DNA of 40,715 bases, taken from IMG/VR virus record IMGVR_UViG_2851933302_000004. One strand, written 5' to 3'. Below the pieces are notes generated by a model, which saw nothing but the letters and a program-made list of their open reading frames with translations, ran no database searches and had not been told where the DNA came from. The position numbers and the translations under genes were made by a program. Positions 8,352-18,141 of this stretch are shown one piece after another (positions within the stretch are counted from its first letter, which is position 1; every line of letters begins with the position of its first letter). Source of the stretch: a virus. Its lineage: Duplodnaviria; Heunggongvirae; Uroviricota; Caudoviricetes.

Positions 8352-9047
8352 ATGACAGCTACAAAAAGCACGTCCATTTTTTCTTTCGAATCCCAAGCCG
8401 ATATACGGGTAATCGTCATTAATGGTGAGCCATGGTTTATCGCTTCAGATGTTTGTCGGGCTATAGGCATAGCAAATCATCGAGATGCTGTTCGAAAACT
8501 TGATGATGATGAGAAGGGCGTCGCTTCAACCGACACCCCTGGCGGTGAGCAAGAATCGATCATCATCTCCGAGTCAGGCCTCTACACACTGATCCTCCGC
8601 TGCCGCGACGCAGTGACACCAGGCACTATCCCCTACCGCTTTCGTAAATGGGTTACAGGTGAGGTTCTTCCTCAGATCCGCCGCACCGGAAGTTACATTA
8701 AAAACTCGCTCCCGCAGGAAGAACGCATAAAGATGGTTGCCGACCAGGTAGCCAACGCCACAGCATCAGCAGTGATGCAGGCAATGAAGATAGAGAACAA
8801 AACCTACAGTGCCCCACTGAAGCCCGGCTACCGCAGCCTGATTCATTCGCCGTCTGGTGTTCTCGGCCTGACGGAGAACTCACTGCTGATGAATCTGCTG
8901 AACCAGTTACAGGAAGACGGGCACGACGTATCGGGCGCGGCGGCGGAGCTGACCACCATGTTCTGCTACATCGTCGGTGTGAGCAAGTGCCTGCGTGATA
9001 TCCAGACGCACGCGGAGTACATCAACGACAAGGCTGGGTTCTTCTGA
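8352..9047 (+). CDS. Bro-N domain protein with C-terminal antirepressor-like domain
   Basis: N-terminus FSFESQADIRVIVINGEPWFIASDVCRAIG is a classic Bro-N signature; C-terminus paralogous to the 85-aa SOS-regulated protein. Confidence 0.7.
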   Translation: MTATKSTSIFSFESQADIRVIVINGEPWFIASDVCRAIGIANHRDAVRKLDDDEKGVASTDTPGGEQESIIISESGLYTLILRCRDAVTPGTIPYRFRKWVTGEVLPQIRRTGSYIKNSLPQEERIKMVADQVANATASAVMQAMKIENKTYSAPLKPGYRSLIHSPSGVLGLTENSLLMNLLNQLQEDGHDVSGAAAELTTMFCYIVGVSKCLRDIQTHAEYINDKAGFF

Positions 9048-9113
9048 CGGGCGGCGGCACATGGATGTGCCTTTAAAATAATCATTGGCGATGTGATGTA
9101 GATTCGCGTAATA

Positions 9114-9128
9114 TTACCTTACGGGTAA
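9114..9128. promoter_or_regulatory. Operator-like palindrome TTACC-N5-GGTAA (copy 3) 60 bp upstream of the 210-aa gene
   Basis: TTACCTTACGGGTAA. Confidence 0.45.
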
Positions 9129-9187
9129 GAAAGCGTTTTTAATCTTCCCTTCAAAACGCGTCCTGTAGCCAAACATGGGAGGACGAA

Positions 9188-9820
9188 ATGAAAACAAATA
9201 CAACAAGAAAAGCGATGCCATACATTATCCCAGAAGCAGATTTCGACAGAAAACTGAACATGTCTGAGAAGAACACTAGTCACACCGAAAGCTACTTAGC
9301 GAAAGGTGTGGTTGATTTCGTTCTTCCGGGATTCACAACACCTTATGGTTATCGCCTTGTAAAATCTTGTAATGGCGATCATTACAGAATGATTACTACC
9401 AGCGATACTCCAGAAACGGTGTATGCGGTTAAGTTAATCTTTCGGGAAGATATCGTCGAAGCTAAAAGAACATGTACGCAGATCATGGTATGGCGTACGC
9501 CTAATGTTATTCATGACCGTGCTGTTCATGGTTTGCCTCAGATTTTTTTTCAGTTCTTCCTAGAGCAATATGCGATCGTTGTATCTGATGAGCAACAAAC
9601 AATCGATGGGAGAAGATTCTGGGAAAGAATGATTTCTTGGGCTATAAACACCCCGGGATATAATGTATACGTTTCAGATGGCTCTGAAGAAGATAGACCT
9701 CTTAGCTTCATGACATCATGGGATGATTTCTATAGCCAGTGGGCTGATTTCTGTTGGGGCAGTGATAAAGATGTGCATACCCACAGACTACTGGTTATAA
9801 GCAAAGATAAACTGCATTAA
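9188..9820 (+). CDS. Hypothetical cargo protein, 210 aa, function unknown
   Basis: ORF with GGGAGG RBS; operator copy upstream and strong terminator downstream; no recognisable family. Confidence 0.5.
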   Translation: MKTNTTRKAMPYIIPEADFDRKLNMSEKNTSHTESYLAKGVVDFVLPGFTTPYGYRLVKSCNGDHYRMITTSDTPETVYAVKLIFREDIVEAKRTCTQIMVWRTPNVIHDRAVHGLPQIFFQFFLEQYAIVVSDEQQTIDGRRFWERMISWAINTPGYNVYVSDGSEEDRPLSFMTSWDDFYSQWADFCWGSDKDVHTHRLLVISKDKLH

Positions 9821-9825
9821 TAGAA

Positions 9826-9846
9826 GCCCGCAGCGCGGGCTTTTTT
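9826..9846 (+). terminator. Rho-independent terminator after the 210-aa gene
   Basis: GCCCGC-AGC-GCGGGC hairpin followed by TTTTTT. Confidence 0.65.
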
Positions 9847-9918
9847 GTGGACGAAACAAAAGTCAGTGCTACACTCATTGACGCCACATTGAGGTGGCTT
9901 ATAGATGGAAATTTCACA

Positions 9919-10080
9919 ATGAAAAAAGCATTTGCTGCACTGTTCGTTTTGTTGTCTCTGGTAGCTTCAACTCAGGCCTTTGCCGGTCGTTGTCAGCACG
10001 ACAGCGATACTGCTGCTGACGGCTCCCGCTGCGGTGGGCGTTCTGCGGATTCCCGCCCGGGTGGCGGTGGCATTCGTTAA
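9919..10080 (+). CDS. Small secreted Cys/Gly-rich peptide (about 53 aa), hypothetical
   Basis: ORF 9847..10080 trimmed to internal ATG giving signal peptide MKKAFAALFVLLSLVASTQAFA; weak RBS. Confidence 0.3.
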   Translation: MKKAFAALFVLLSLVASTQAFAGRCQHDSDTAADGSRCGGRSADSRPGGGGIR

Positions 10081-10086
10081 AAACAA

Positions 10087-10102
10087 GGCCGCGAAAGCGG
10101 CC
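10087..10102. terminator. Bidirectional terminator hairpin between convergent genes
   Basis: GGCCGC-GAAA-GCGGCC with T-rich flanks on both strands. Confidence 0.5.
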
Positions 10103-10109
10103 TGTTTGA

Positions 10110-10961
10110 TCACTGTGCAGTTTTCGCTGATCGATTTTCAGCTCTAAATTCAAGAACCGTTTCAATATTTCTTTCCTTCAGCATATCAATAACATTTTTA
10201 TTCATTTGACTATCACTGGTTAATAACTGGTAAACGTTGCTTCTCTCTTTATCAGAGTTTTCTTTAACAGCTGCTTTGCATGCCAAATGCTTATTGAAAT
10301 TTTCTACATCGCTAGTACAGGAATTTACGGCTGCTGATGAAATATCAGACGCTGAAGAAACACCATCATCCAAACGTTTTATAGCATTTTCTATACATGA
10401 GTTAAGGGAATAAACGACAACTGAGCGATACCCTTCAGACGCACACCATTCTAAATTTCTTGAAGGATCGAGTGGTTTTACTTCGCTGGATTGAATTAAC
10501 TTGTCAAAAACTGACTTATATTCAATCTGTTTTTTATCTATAGCCCATACTTCAGTAGCTGATTTATAATTCCCCGTATGCCTATTAACATCAAATCCAT
10601 GTTTTATAAGCAAATCTGCCCATGAAAGATTTATTGATTCATTGTTATGAGGCCATTTTCCTGTCAGAACCGCCCCCATAGACCCCATATATCCGCCATA
10701 TGATGGTATAGCACCATGGCTCAGTAACTTCTCAGCAACCACAGGGCAATTAATTACATAAGAGGCGTAAAGCCCATTCCATAAAGCCCCTCTATAGTAA
10801 TCGCCACGATTAGGTTCTTTTAAGTCGATAGCCTTTGATAATTGTTCACACGTTTTGCATGCATCAAAGTTATCCTTATTGCATTGCAATGAACTGGCAG
10901 CTGTAGGATTTACAGAGACTATTGAAAGCACTATGCCAAAAAACAAATTTATTTTTTTCAT
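10110..10961 (-). CDS. AT-rich secreted protein, 283 aa, possibly ankyrin-like repeats; moron at the distal end of the virion operon
   Basis: Signal peptide MKKINLFFGIVLSIVSVNPTAASS; codon composition visibly more AT-rich than neighbours; LLSHGA / LLIKHGFDVN segments are ankyrin-like. Confidence 0.55.
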   Translation of the reverse strand: MKKINLFFGIVLSIVSVNPTAASSLQCNKDNFDACKTCEQLSKAIDLKEPNRGDYYRGALWNGLYASYVINCPVVAEKLLSHGAIPSYGGYMGSMGAVLTGKWPHNNESINLSWADLLIKHGFDVNRHTGNYKSATEVWAIDKKQIEYKSVFDKLIQSSEVKPLDPSRNLEWCASEGYRSVVVYSLNSCIENAIKRLDDGVSSASDISSAAVNSCTSDVENFNKHLACKAAVKENSDKERSNVYQLLTSDSQMNKNVIDMLKERNIETVLEFRAENRSAKTAQ

Positions 10962-10962
10962 C

Positions 10963-13900
10963 CTATTTCATCTGCTCTTCAACTTTATTTAGTAACGGTG
11001 ATATTGCCCACAGGTTCTGAAAAGGTAGCATTTTACGGACCGCGTGGGTTTGCTGGCTGTCAAATTCTCCGTTAAGTACACCATTCGCAACCGTCGCGGC
11101 ATCACCGCCAAGATCAAAGGTAGGACCAAGTAAAGCACCAATAGCATTACGACTCTGAAACCTTGATACCGGAGGCGCACCAAACATCGCGCCAAGACCA
11201 AACCTACCGCCGCTTATGTTCTCAACGGTATTCAGCGGCTCAGAGAGCCAGCCAAGCATTCCGCCCCGGTCGATCCCCTCTTTCACAAGGTTATTCCAGC
11301 TGTAGTCAATATCGCGACCGCTTAACTTCTGTTTCATCATATAGACCATTGAGCCAAGCGCAATCGTGCCAAGCGCACCAAGATAGAATGCAGCATCGCC
11401 CTGCTGGATACCAGATACCAGCACCCTGTTATGCTGTGCGAAGATAAACGTTTTGAACTGCGTGATCATCTTCCAGCCTTCTTTACTAAAAAACAGCGGT
11501 GTATCACCTACGCCAGGCGTTACAATCACTGAGTCTACATCTTTCAGCACTGCAGACTGGAAAATCTCTCTAGCGAAACGGTCATCCCACAGATGACTAT
11601 GCCCGGTTAACAGCCCGTCCATATCCTCTCCGTGCTTCCCGAATTGCTCCCCGATTCGGCGCAGAACATCTTCATTGATGCCGACCTGTGCCATCTTCCG
11701 CATTTCACTTTTGGAGAGCGTGCCACCAGCAGAAACTTGGCGAGCCGCGTCAAGTATCCTCGACTGCACTATCATCCCGGACCATGATTTAAGTGCGCTG
11801 TTCCACTGATTCATCAGCGTCCAGTTACCGAATTTCTGCGTCATCCAGTTCAGGCCTCGCTCAGCGGCGCTTCTCCGGCTATATGGGTCAGTAAGATCCG
11901 CTATAGCCTTTGTACGCGTAGACAGGACATAATCAAGCCCAACGGCCATTTCTCGCAAATCCCTGGTTGCAATTTTCACTGAGTCCATATTTTTAAGCAT
12001 GCTTACCATTGGTCCGAGAGATTTTCTCAGGCCATGCTGCATCATCGGTCGCATCAGATCAGTTGCAGCGGAGACAGTCATTCCACCAAGCAAACGGAGG
12101 AAGTTAATATTCCTAGCAACTCGCCCGGCACGAACAAAGAAACTGCGTGGATCTTGAGGTGCACCGTAAGTACCAAGCAGTCGATCACGCATAGCCGTAA
12201 TATCCCTAATATCAGCCTCCCGTTGCTTCTCAAGAACTGCACGTCGTTTAGGCGTTTTAGCCTCTTTTATTAGCCGGGTATATTCCTCACTAACCTGACG
12301 GATTTGCTCCCCCATATCTTTACGGCCAAACTGCGCAGTCAGCTCAATTTCTGGTGCCACCTGCCGGAGATAACTTTCCATGATGTAGTTAACATCTGAT
12401 TCAAGAAAATCTTCTATACGCTCATCAGGAATAAGCAGCGTTCTGCTTTTAGTGAAACCAGCCCGACCAACGAGTCTCTCTGGGATAATATCGGCTGGTA
12501 CAAGCCCGGAAGGTGCACCTATTATTTTATTCACGATCTCGTCAGCAGCGTCCTCTGCTTCCTCTCGGGATAGAGGCTCCATCTGCTTCAGTGCTCGTTC
12601 GCGGCTTGCATTCAGCCTTGTGGTTGAATTTGCCCGTTTTTGCAGTCGGCGAAGCTCAGAACGATATTTCCGTGGATTATCCAGCAACTCCATATGGCGC
12701 TGATAGACAGGAAGCTCACTCTTTGCCTGCGCTATATCATCAAGGCGTGTTTTAAGGTCAGAGCTTTCTTTCATCATTCTTGCCTGAAGTTTTTCTGATG
12801 AAGTCTCGGCCAACTCTTTTTCTATTCTTGTAAGACGCGCCTGTGTGTCAGTCTCCTGAGATATAAGCTTATTTCGTTTATCCAGTTCTTCCATGAGTAG
12901 AATTTTTTTACCAGACCATTTCTCCGCTTCAGCGATTTCACTAGCGAGAGCATCAGCGCGCGGTGCCGATTCCTCTGCAGTTTTTAGCAATGAATTTATC
13001 CTTTCAATTCGCTGACCTGCCTTGTCAGCACCTTTGGCACTAATCCCTTGTATCCAGTTGGCAATTCGCCCTCTGAATTCAGTGCGGTCGGAAAGTATCT
13101 TATCGAACTTATAAATGCGGGGAAGATAACTTTTCGCCGTCACGACATCGATATCCTCAGGAAGGATCCCCAGTTCCTGCATACGGGCTTTTGTGGTCTC
13201 GAAAATGGGGCGGATTCTGGCAGCTGCTTGTGAAACCTCAGGAATATCACTCTGATCACCACGGCGCATAGCCATGCCAACAGCTTCATTGAAATCAATA
13301 AAGTTCATCCTCTTCACGCCGCGGGCGCTAACAGATTTGCTGTACTGCTGGTAAGCATCACGAGTGGCTTCCATCTGCTTATAAAGCATGGCGTCGTATT
13401 GCTTAATCTTAGTCTCGACTGCCGTAAACGTAGCCAACCCCTCATCATTTTTGGCGAAGAAATAGTTATTTTCGGCAAGCTGCTGGTTAATCTGACGGGA
13501 GACAAGAGATGGTGATTGCGCCAAGCGGCCAGCAGGAGTGACACTCAACGTTTTGTTAGCAAGTCCAAGTCCAGCGAGCTGTTCCTGATCGAGTGTGGTA
13601 TTGAAAACCTGAGCTGCACCAATGCTTTGAGGAGAATCCATACCTCGCAAATGATTACCTACTGAGTTAACCACTGCCTCGCGCGCGCCAGGTCCAGCAA
13701 GTAGCTGTGCACCAGCACCAAGGATCCCACCAACGAGAGCATCAACAACAACGTTCGATACGCTCTCCATCGGTGAGCGAGCTTCCTGAGTGGCCTGTAA
13801 TGCGGCCTCTGAAGCAACACTGCCAGCAGCATTCGCCAGGGCAAAACGCCCGGCTGTTTCTGCAATACGACCGCCACGAACGACAGCGCCGAACGGAATA

Positions 13901-14352
13901 AACATAGAAATCGCATTGAATGGATCTGCTAATCTCATTGCTACAGAAGAGACTGTACCAGCAAATCCCAAGCCTGAATTGTATTCCATGTCAGCTCTCT
14001 GCTGATCGATTCGATGTTTAATTGCCATTGTTTCTTCAGGCGAACCGGAGTTGATAAACGAATCTGCAAAATCTTCATAGCCTTTAATATCTGCTGCATC
14101 GTTATCAAATGGGTTATATCCTTCAACCCTGTCAAACTGACTGAAAGGAGCACTGGCAATAAAGCTACCCAGCGTGTTATCTATACGAAATGCTGCTTGT
14201 CTAGACCTTTGAACGCGTTGATCACTGGTAAATGGGTTCACAGCAGAAAGCAAAGAAGGTGTTTCCATATAGAAATTACTGTCATCAGGTGCTGCTATTT
14301 GCTGAATATCCTCGCCAAGCAACTCTTTAGGATCCTGTTCATATATCGGCAT
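10963..14352 (-). CDS. Large internal virion / DNA-ejection protein (positional analogue of T7 gp16)
   Basis: 1129 aa, coiled-coil rich, last large gene of the structural block; assignment by size and gene order only. Confidence 0.5.
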   Translation of the reverse strand: MPIYEQDPKELLGEDIQQIAAPDDSNFYMETPSLLSAVNPFTSDQRVQRSRQAAFRIDNTLGSFIASAPFSQFDRVEGYNPFDNDAADIKGYEDFADSFINSGSPEETMAIKHRIDQQRADMEYNSGLGFAGTVSSVAMRLADPFNAISMFIPFGAVVRGGRIAETAGRFALANAAGSVASEAALQATQEARSPMESVSNVVVDALVGGILGAGAQLLAGPGAREAVVNSVGNHLRGMDSPQSIGAAQVFNTTLDQEQLAGLGLANKTLSVTPAGRLAQSPSLVSRQINQQLAENNYFFAKNDEGLATFTAVETKIKQYDAMLYKQMEATRDAYQQYSKSVSARGVKRMNFIDFNEAVGMAMRRGDQSDIPEVSQAAARIRPIFETTKARMQELGILPEDIDVVTAKSYLPRIYKFDKILSDRTEFRGRIANWIQGISAKGADKAGQRIERINSLLKTAEESAPRADALASEIAEAEKWSGKKILLMEELDKRNKLISQETDTQARLTRIEKELAETSSEKLQARMMKESSDLKTRLDDIAQAKSELPVYQRHMELLDNPRKYRSELRRLQKRANSTTRLNASRERALKQMEPLSREEAEDAADEIVNKIIGAPSGLVPADIIPERLVGRAGFTKSRTLLIPDERIEDFLESDVNYIMESYLRQVAPEIELTAQFGRKDMGEQIRQVSEEYTRLIKEAKTPKRRAVLEKQREADIRDITAMRDRLLGTYGAPQDPRSFFVRAGRVARNINFLRLLGGMTVSAATDLMRPMMQHGLRKSLGPMVSMLKNMDSVKIATRDLREMAVGLDYVLSTRTKAIADLTDPYSRRSAAERGLNWMTQKFGNWTLMNQWNSALKSWSGMIVQSRILDAARQVSAGGTLSKSEMRKMAQVGINEDVLRRIGEQFGKHGEDMDGLLTGHSHLWDDRFAREIFQSAVLKDVDSVIVTPGVGDTPLFFSKEGWKMITQFKTFIFAQHNRVLVSGIQQGDAAFYLGALGTIALGSMVYMMKQKLSGRDIDYSWNNLVKEGIDRGGMLGWLSEPLNTVENISGGRFGLGAMFGAPPVSRFQSRNAIGALLGPTFDLGGDAATVANGVLNGEFDSQQTHAVRKMLPFQNLWAISPLLNKVEEQMK

Positions 14353-17099
14353 TATTTGCCCCCTGCGTATATATTGCTCGGAAGGTAATTGGCTGAACCA
14401 TAACCGAATGGTTTGGTCAGATCTGGAGGAGTATATCCATCTTTATTGCTGAACTGCGGCAGCGGATTGCCTTCTCTCCGCACTCTAGCCTCATCAACAC
14501 GCTGTTGCTGGAACTGAATGGTTTGCCTGTACATTGGAGATGTCAGCTGATCCGGCTTGAAACGAACAGGGAGACCATTTTCTCCAATATAATTTCTCGG
14601 TTCTATCGCTCCGTTTGCGTCAGGCTGTAAAACCATAACAGCATAACTCCTATCCCTTGCCGTAAGGCCATCAGAAACAAGTATTAAGTCCGTATCACTG
14701 CGAGGACCGCCAAAGGATTTTGATTTAAGCTCGCGTTTTTCCTGCTCCCACTGCCCCTGTATCCAGTTACCAGCACCATTATTTACTCCGTACAATGCCT
14801 CAGGTGCATACTTCATAACCTCTGCTTTGCCATTAACTGTAGAAACTCCCCAGGTGGTTCTGATCATGGCATTGGTCATTTTCTCAGCCTGTTCTGCATC
14901 GCCACCTGTCTGTACAAAGTTAGCATCGTAAATTGTCTGGTAATCTCGCTGATAGGCCGCATTTGATTTTCCTGGATCGGTAATATCCGGAGACCACGAA
15001 CCAAAGGAAGTCAGACTGCTGGCGTTATTTTGTGCAGCAGTTGCCCTCGCCGCGACATATTTTTTGTCTCGCATGGCAGTGGAAAGCATCTGTTTCATTC
15101 GGTCATCCTGTTGGAACACCTGGCTGTAAGCCATATCAACAGCCTTATCCTCCGGCACGCCAGCGCGGGAATAATCGTAAACCTTGCCGTAAAATGCCAT
15201 CGTACTTTTATCAAGTGTTGCCGCTGCCGCCGGATTATTATCAAATAACTGACCGTAGAATTTTGCCATCGGGACAACCAGCGCAGGATCTCTTGATGTT
15301 GCTCCACTGTTAAGCATTGTTTTAACCTGAGTTGGTATCATGCCGCTTTTAGTTGTGACGGTGACCAGTGTATTGATGCTCTGCGGATCAGATATGGAAA
15401 ACGAAGGCGCGATATCCTGCGCGAAATAACGGTCTACCGCTGCCTGATTGTTTTTGTCGTTCGGGTCCAGCGGGAAGTTATTTTGCATTGAAGACACGAA
15501 CCTGTTTCTTCCCTGCTGAATCTCCCACTCCCTATCCATCTCTTTAAATTTGGCCTGCATTTTCTCCCAGCGTTGCTGGTTAGCTGCAAATCCAGGAGCG
15601 TTTGGATCCTGTGGACGTAAACGTTCAAGAATGTCTTGTCGTCCTTCTGGAGTGAGGTCTTTAGCGGCACCAATGACACCTCCATATTGTATCTGCGCCT
15701 GCATATCCTTCCACTTCATAGCGCCAATGCGCGGACCATTGGCCCGGATAAAATCGTCCTCAGAAGGTAACTTCTCAGGTTTCAATCCTTCATCAAGGGC
15801 TGAATATGCATCTTTAACTACGGTGCTAAGCTGGTCCGCATACTGCTGGCGGTACTGATTTCTCAGCTCATTAGCCTGCCTCAATGCCTGTATTTGCATT
15901 TGAGGGCTCATAGCGTCAAATGCCGCATTGCCCGTATAACGCTTAGGTGAATCAAGGTTAGTTAGACCAAGGGATGCCGAGATACCAGTTTCAAGCTGTT
16001 CGGTGCTATAAGGCATACTGCCATTTTCGTGTTTAATAATCCCAGCACATAAAGCAGCTAGTGTCTTTGGGTTAGAGATATCAAGCTGATCATTCTCCCC
16101 AACACCAAGCTCACTACACAATGCCCTAATATAAGCATCAGTATTATTACCATCACTAGCCGGAGCATAGCGATTAACAATCTCGCTAACGGTGTCATAG
16201 CCTTGACGCTGGTAAGACAACATATTTTTACCCAACGCGCGGATTCCATGCTCAGGGGTAGCAAACGTTGCAAAACGTCCATCGCTACCGATCTGACCTT
16301 CCCACGGGTTAGATTTGCTCGCTTCAATATTACCAGGGTTATTATTACGTAAACCACGAGCATCCAATGAATTACCATGTGATATTGCACGACTCACACC
16401 ATCAAGATCCCCTGGCTCTCCATTAACCTGAAGAAACTCGTTGTATTTTTGAGCGATATTTCCTATCCATGCTTGCTGCCCCATTTGTTCCTTGAGCTGA
16501 GTTTTCTGCTGAACACGCCACCCATCAGGAAGCCCATGTGCATCAGCGTATTGATCAATAGATTCAAATCGCTGCTTGGCTAAATCGACAAATGCTTGGT
16601 TATCGCTATATAGCCCCGCAGACTGAGTGACAGCCAATGCATTTCCTGACAAATACGTTTGATCTTGGAATTGCTGAAACTGCCCAACTTCATATCGACG
16701 TGCCTGATTGTAATAAGACTGCATAGACTGCTGGAGTTGAAAGGATAATTTATTCCTTTCCTCACTTTCAGGAATTGAGCCTAATAATGCCTGAGCCCTT
16801 TCCTGCATATTTTTCATAACAGCGTCACTCTGACCAAGAGCGTTTTTACCCTGTTTAGAAATCAGCCCATTTTCAGGGTTGTTAATCTGGTCATCTGCAA
16901 ATTGGTTAAATTGCAGTAACGCCTCCTGAGCCATAGCAACATTCGCTTTCTGCCTGGCTTCACCATATGCCACCGCATACTGATCTGCGACATTCGCCAG
17001 CACCTGACCTGCTTGAGGAACATCGAAGGTCTGAAAACCACCGGTTTGCACACCACGACTTTGCACCTGGCGTCCGGATGTAGTAGGAACAACTGGCAT
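14352..17099 (-). CDS. Internal virion protein (positional analogue of T7 gp15), possible cell-wall-degrading domain
   Basis: 915 aa; segment DARGLRNNNPGNIE..GIRALGKNMLSYQRQG is reminiscent of virion-associated hydrolase domains (uncertain); gene order. Confidence 0.5.
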   Translation of the reverse strand: MPVVPTTSGRQVQSRGVQTGGFQTFDVPQAGQVLANVADQYAVAYGEARQKANVAMAQEALLQFNQFADDQINNPENGLISKQGKNALGQSDAVMKNMQERAQALLGSIPESEERNKLSFQLQQSMQSYYNQARRYEVGQFQQFQDQTYLSGNALAVTQSAGLYSDNQAFVDLAKQRFESIDQYADAHGLPDGWRVQQKTQLKEQMGQQAWIGNIAQKYNEFLQVNGEPGDLDGVSRAISHGNSLDARGLRNNNPGNIEASKSNPWEGQIGSDGRFATFATPEHGIRALGKNMLSYQRQGYDTVSEIVNRYAPASDGNNTDAYIRALCSELGVGENDQLDISNPKTLAALCAGIIKHENGSMPYSTEQLETGISASLGLTNLDSPKRYTGNAAFDAMSPQMQIQALRQANELRNQYRQQYADQLSTVVKDAYSALDEGLKPEKLPSEDDFIRANGPRIGAMKWKDMQAQIQYGGVIGAAKDLTPEGRQDILERLRPQDPNAPGFAANQQRWEKMQAKFKEMDREWEIQQGRNRFVSSMQNNFPLDPNDKNNQAAVDRYFAQDIAPSFSISDPQSINTLVTVTTKSGMIPTQVKTMLNSGATSRDPALVVPMAKFYGQLFDNNPAAAATLDKSTMAFYGKVYDYSRAGVPEDKAVDMAYSQVFQQDDRMKQMLSTAMRDKKYVAARATAAQNNASSLTSFGSWSPDITDPGKSNAAYQRDYQTIYDANFVQTGGDAEQAEKMTNAMIRTTWGVSTVNGKAEVMKYAPEALYGVNNGAGNWIQGQWEQEKRELKSKSFGGPRSDTDLILVSDGLTARDRSYAVMVLQPDANGAIEPRNYIGENGLPVRFKPDQLTSPMYRQTIQFQQQRVDEARVRREGNPLPQFSNKDGYTPPDLTKPFGYGSANYLPSNIYAGGK

Positions 17100-17677
17100 C
17101 AGTAACCTCCTATTTTGAATCGGGAGTCAGAATTCATAAAACCTGAGTTAGATAACATTGGCGTCCCACCACTAGATGTACTTCCTTTAGAGAACGGACT
17201 CCACGTTCCGCCGCCCAACTTATATGCACCGTATGCTTTTAGTGGTGCTGTTAACAAAGTGCTGGTCATCGATGATTTAGCAGCCGACTGAGCAGCAGCC
17301 CCCTGTGCCTGAGCATTCATTCCCTGAACCTGATACCCATATGCCTCACGCTGAGCATTATTCACTGTCGTTAACGCATCAAGAGTGCCGAACTGAGCAT
17401 TATCCGCAAAAACGTCAAGAGCTGTTCCGCTACTTAATTCCGCACCGGTAGCCCCCATAGTGGCCGCCGCAGTGCCTGAGCGTTGACGCATTTCACGACG
17501 ACGCTGATCTGCTTCAATATTCCCACGATTGATTGAATCCTGTGCCTGAGCTTCAGCAATTTCAGCATTCCGATCAGCTATGGCTGACTGGTATTTTGCC
17601 TGCTTGCTCTGGCTGTACATTGACGCGGCTGTGGATGCCACTGTGACGGCAACCAAAGCGATGGCTGGGTTACACAT
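17099..17677 (-). CDS. Internal virion protein (positional analogue of T7 gp14)
   Basis: 192 aa, Ala/Gln/Gly-rich; gene order. Confidence 0.4.
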   Translation of the reverse strand: MCNPAIALVAVTVASTAASMYSQSKQAKYQSAIADRNAEIAEAQAQDSINRGNIEADQRRREMRQRSGTAAATMGATGAELSSGTALDVFADNAQFGTLDALTTVNNAQREAYGYQVQGMNAQAQGAAAQSAAKSSMTSTLLTAPLKAYGAYKLGGGTWSPFSKGSTSSGGTPMLSNSGFMNSDSRFKIGGY

Positions 17678-18141
17678 TATTTTCTCTCCATGTGAAATCT
17701 GTGGAAATTAAGACCAATAGCACCATAAGGCGCGGCTTCTTCAAGCCTGAATCCAAGCCAGTGCAGCCATGCTTTGGCAACATGGTTTCGCTCGTCGACG
17801 TAGTTTTCCAGGCGCGGATAAACTGCCAGCATCTGCTGCAATACAGGGCGGCAGTGGCGCAGAAATGTCTTCTGATATTTTTCAATACGGCTGGTCCCGA
17901 CCAGCCAGGGCGTACCATTGCCACCGATCATTGACGCCGGAGATACGCCAAACATGGTTACCAGTTCTCCGTTCGCGAACCCTGACCAGGCCATAGTCGC
18001 AGTACGCAGACCAACACGCAGCGCATCTTCGGTAGTCATCAGTGATACCGCATACAGTTCGTCAATATCAGCCTGACGAACATCCGGCAAAATCATCTGA
18101 AGATGCTCTTCGGTTGCGGGAATAATTTGAACATCGATCAT
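17677..18141 (-). CDS. Hypothetical virion or assembly protein (position of T7 gp13)
   Basis: 154 aa; translationally coupled to neighbours. Confidence 0.4.
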   Translation of the reverse strand: MIDVQIIPATEEHLQMILPDVRQADIDELYAVSLMTTEDALRVGLRTATMAWSGFANGELVTMFGVSPASMIGGNGTPWLVGTSRIEKYQKTFLRHCRPVLQQMLAVYPRLENYVDERNHVAKAWLHWLGFRLEEAAPYGAIGLNFHRFHMERK

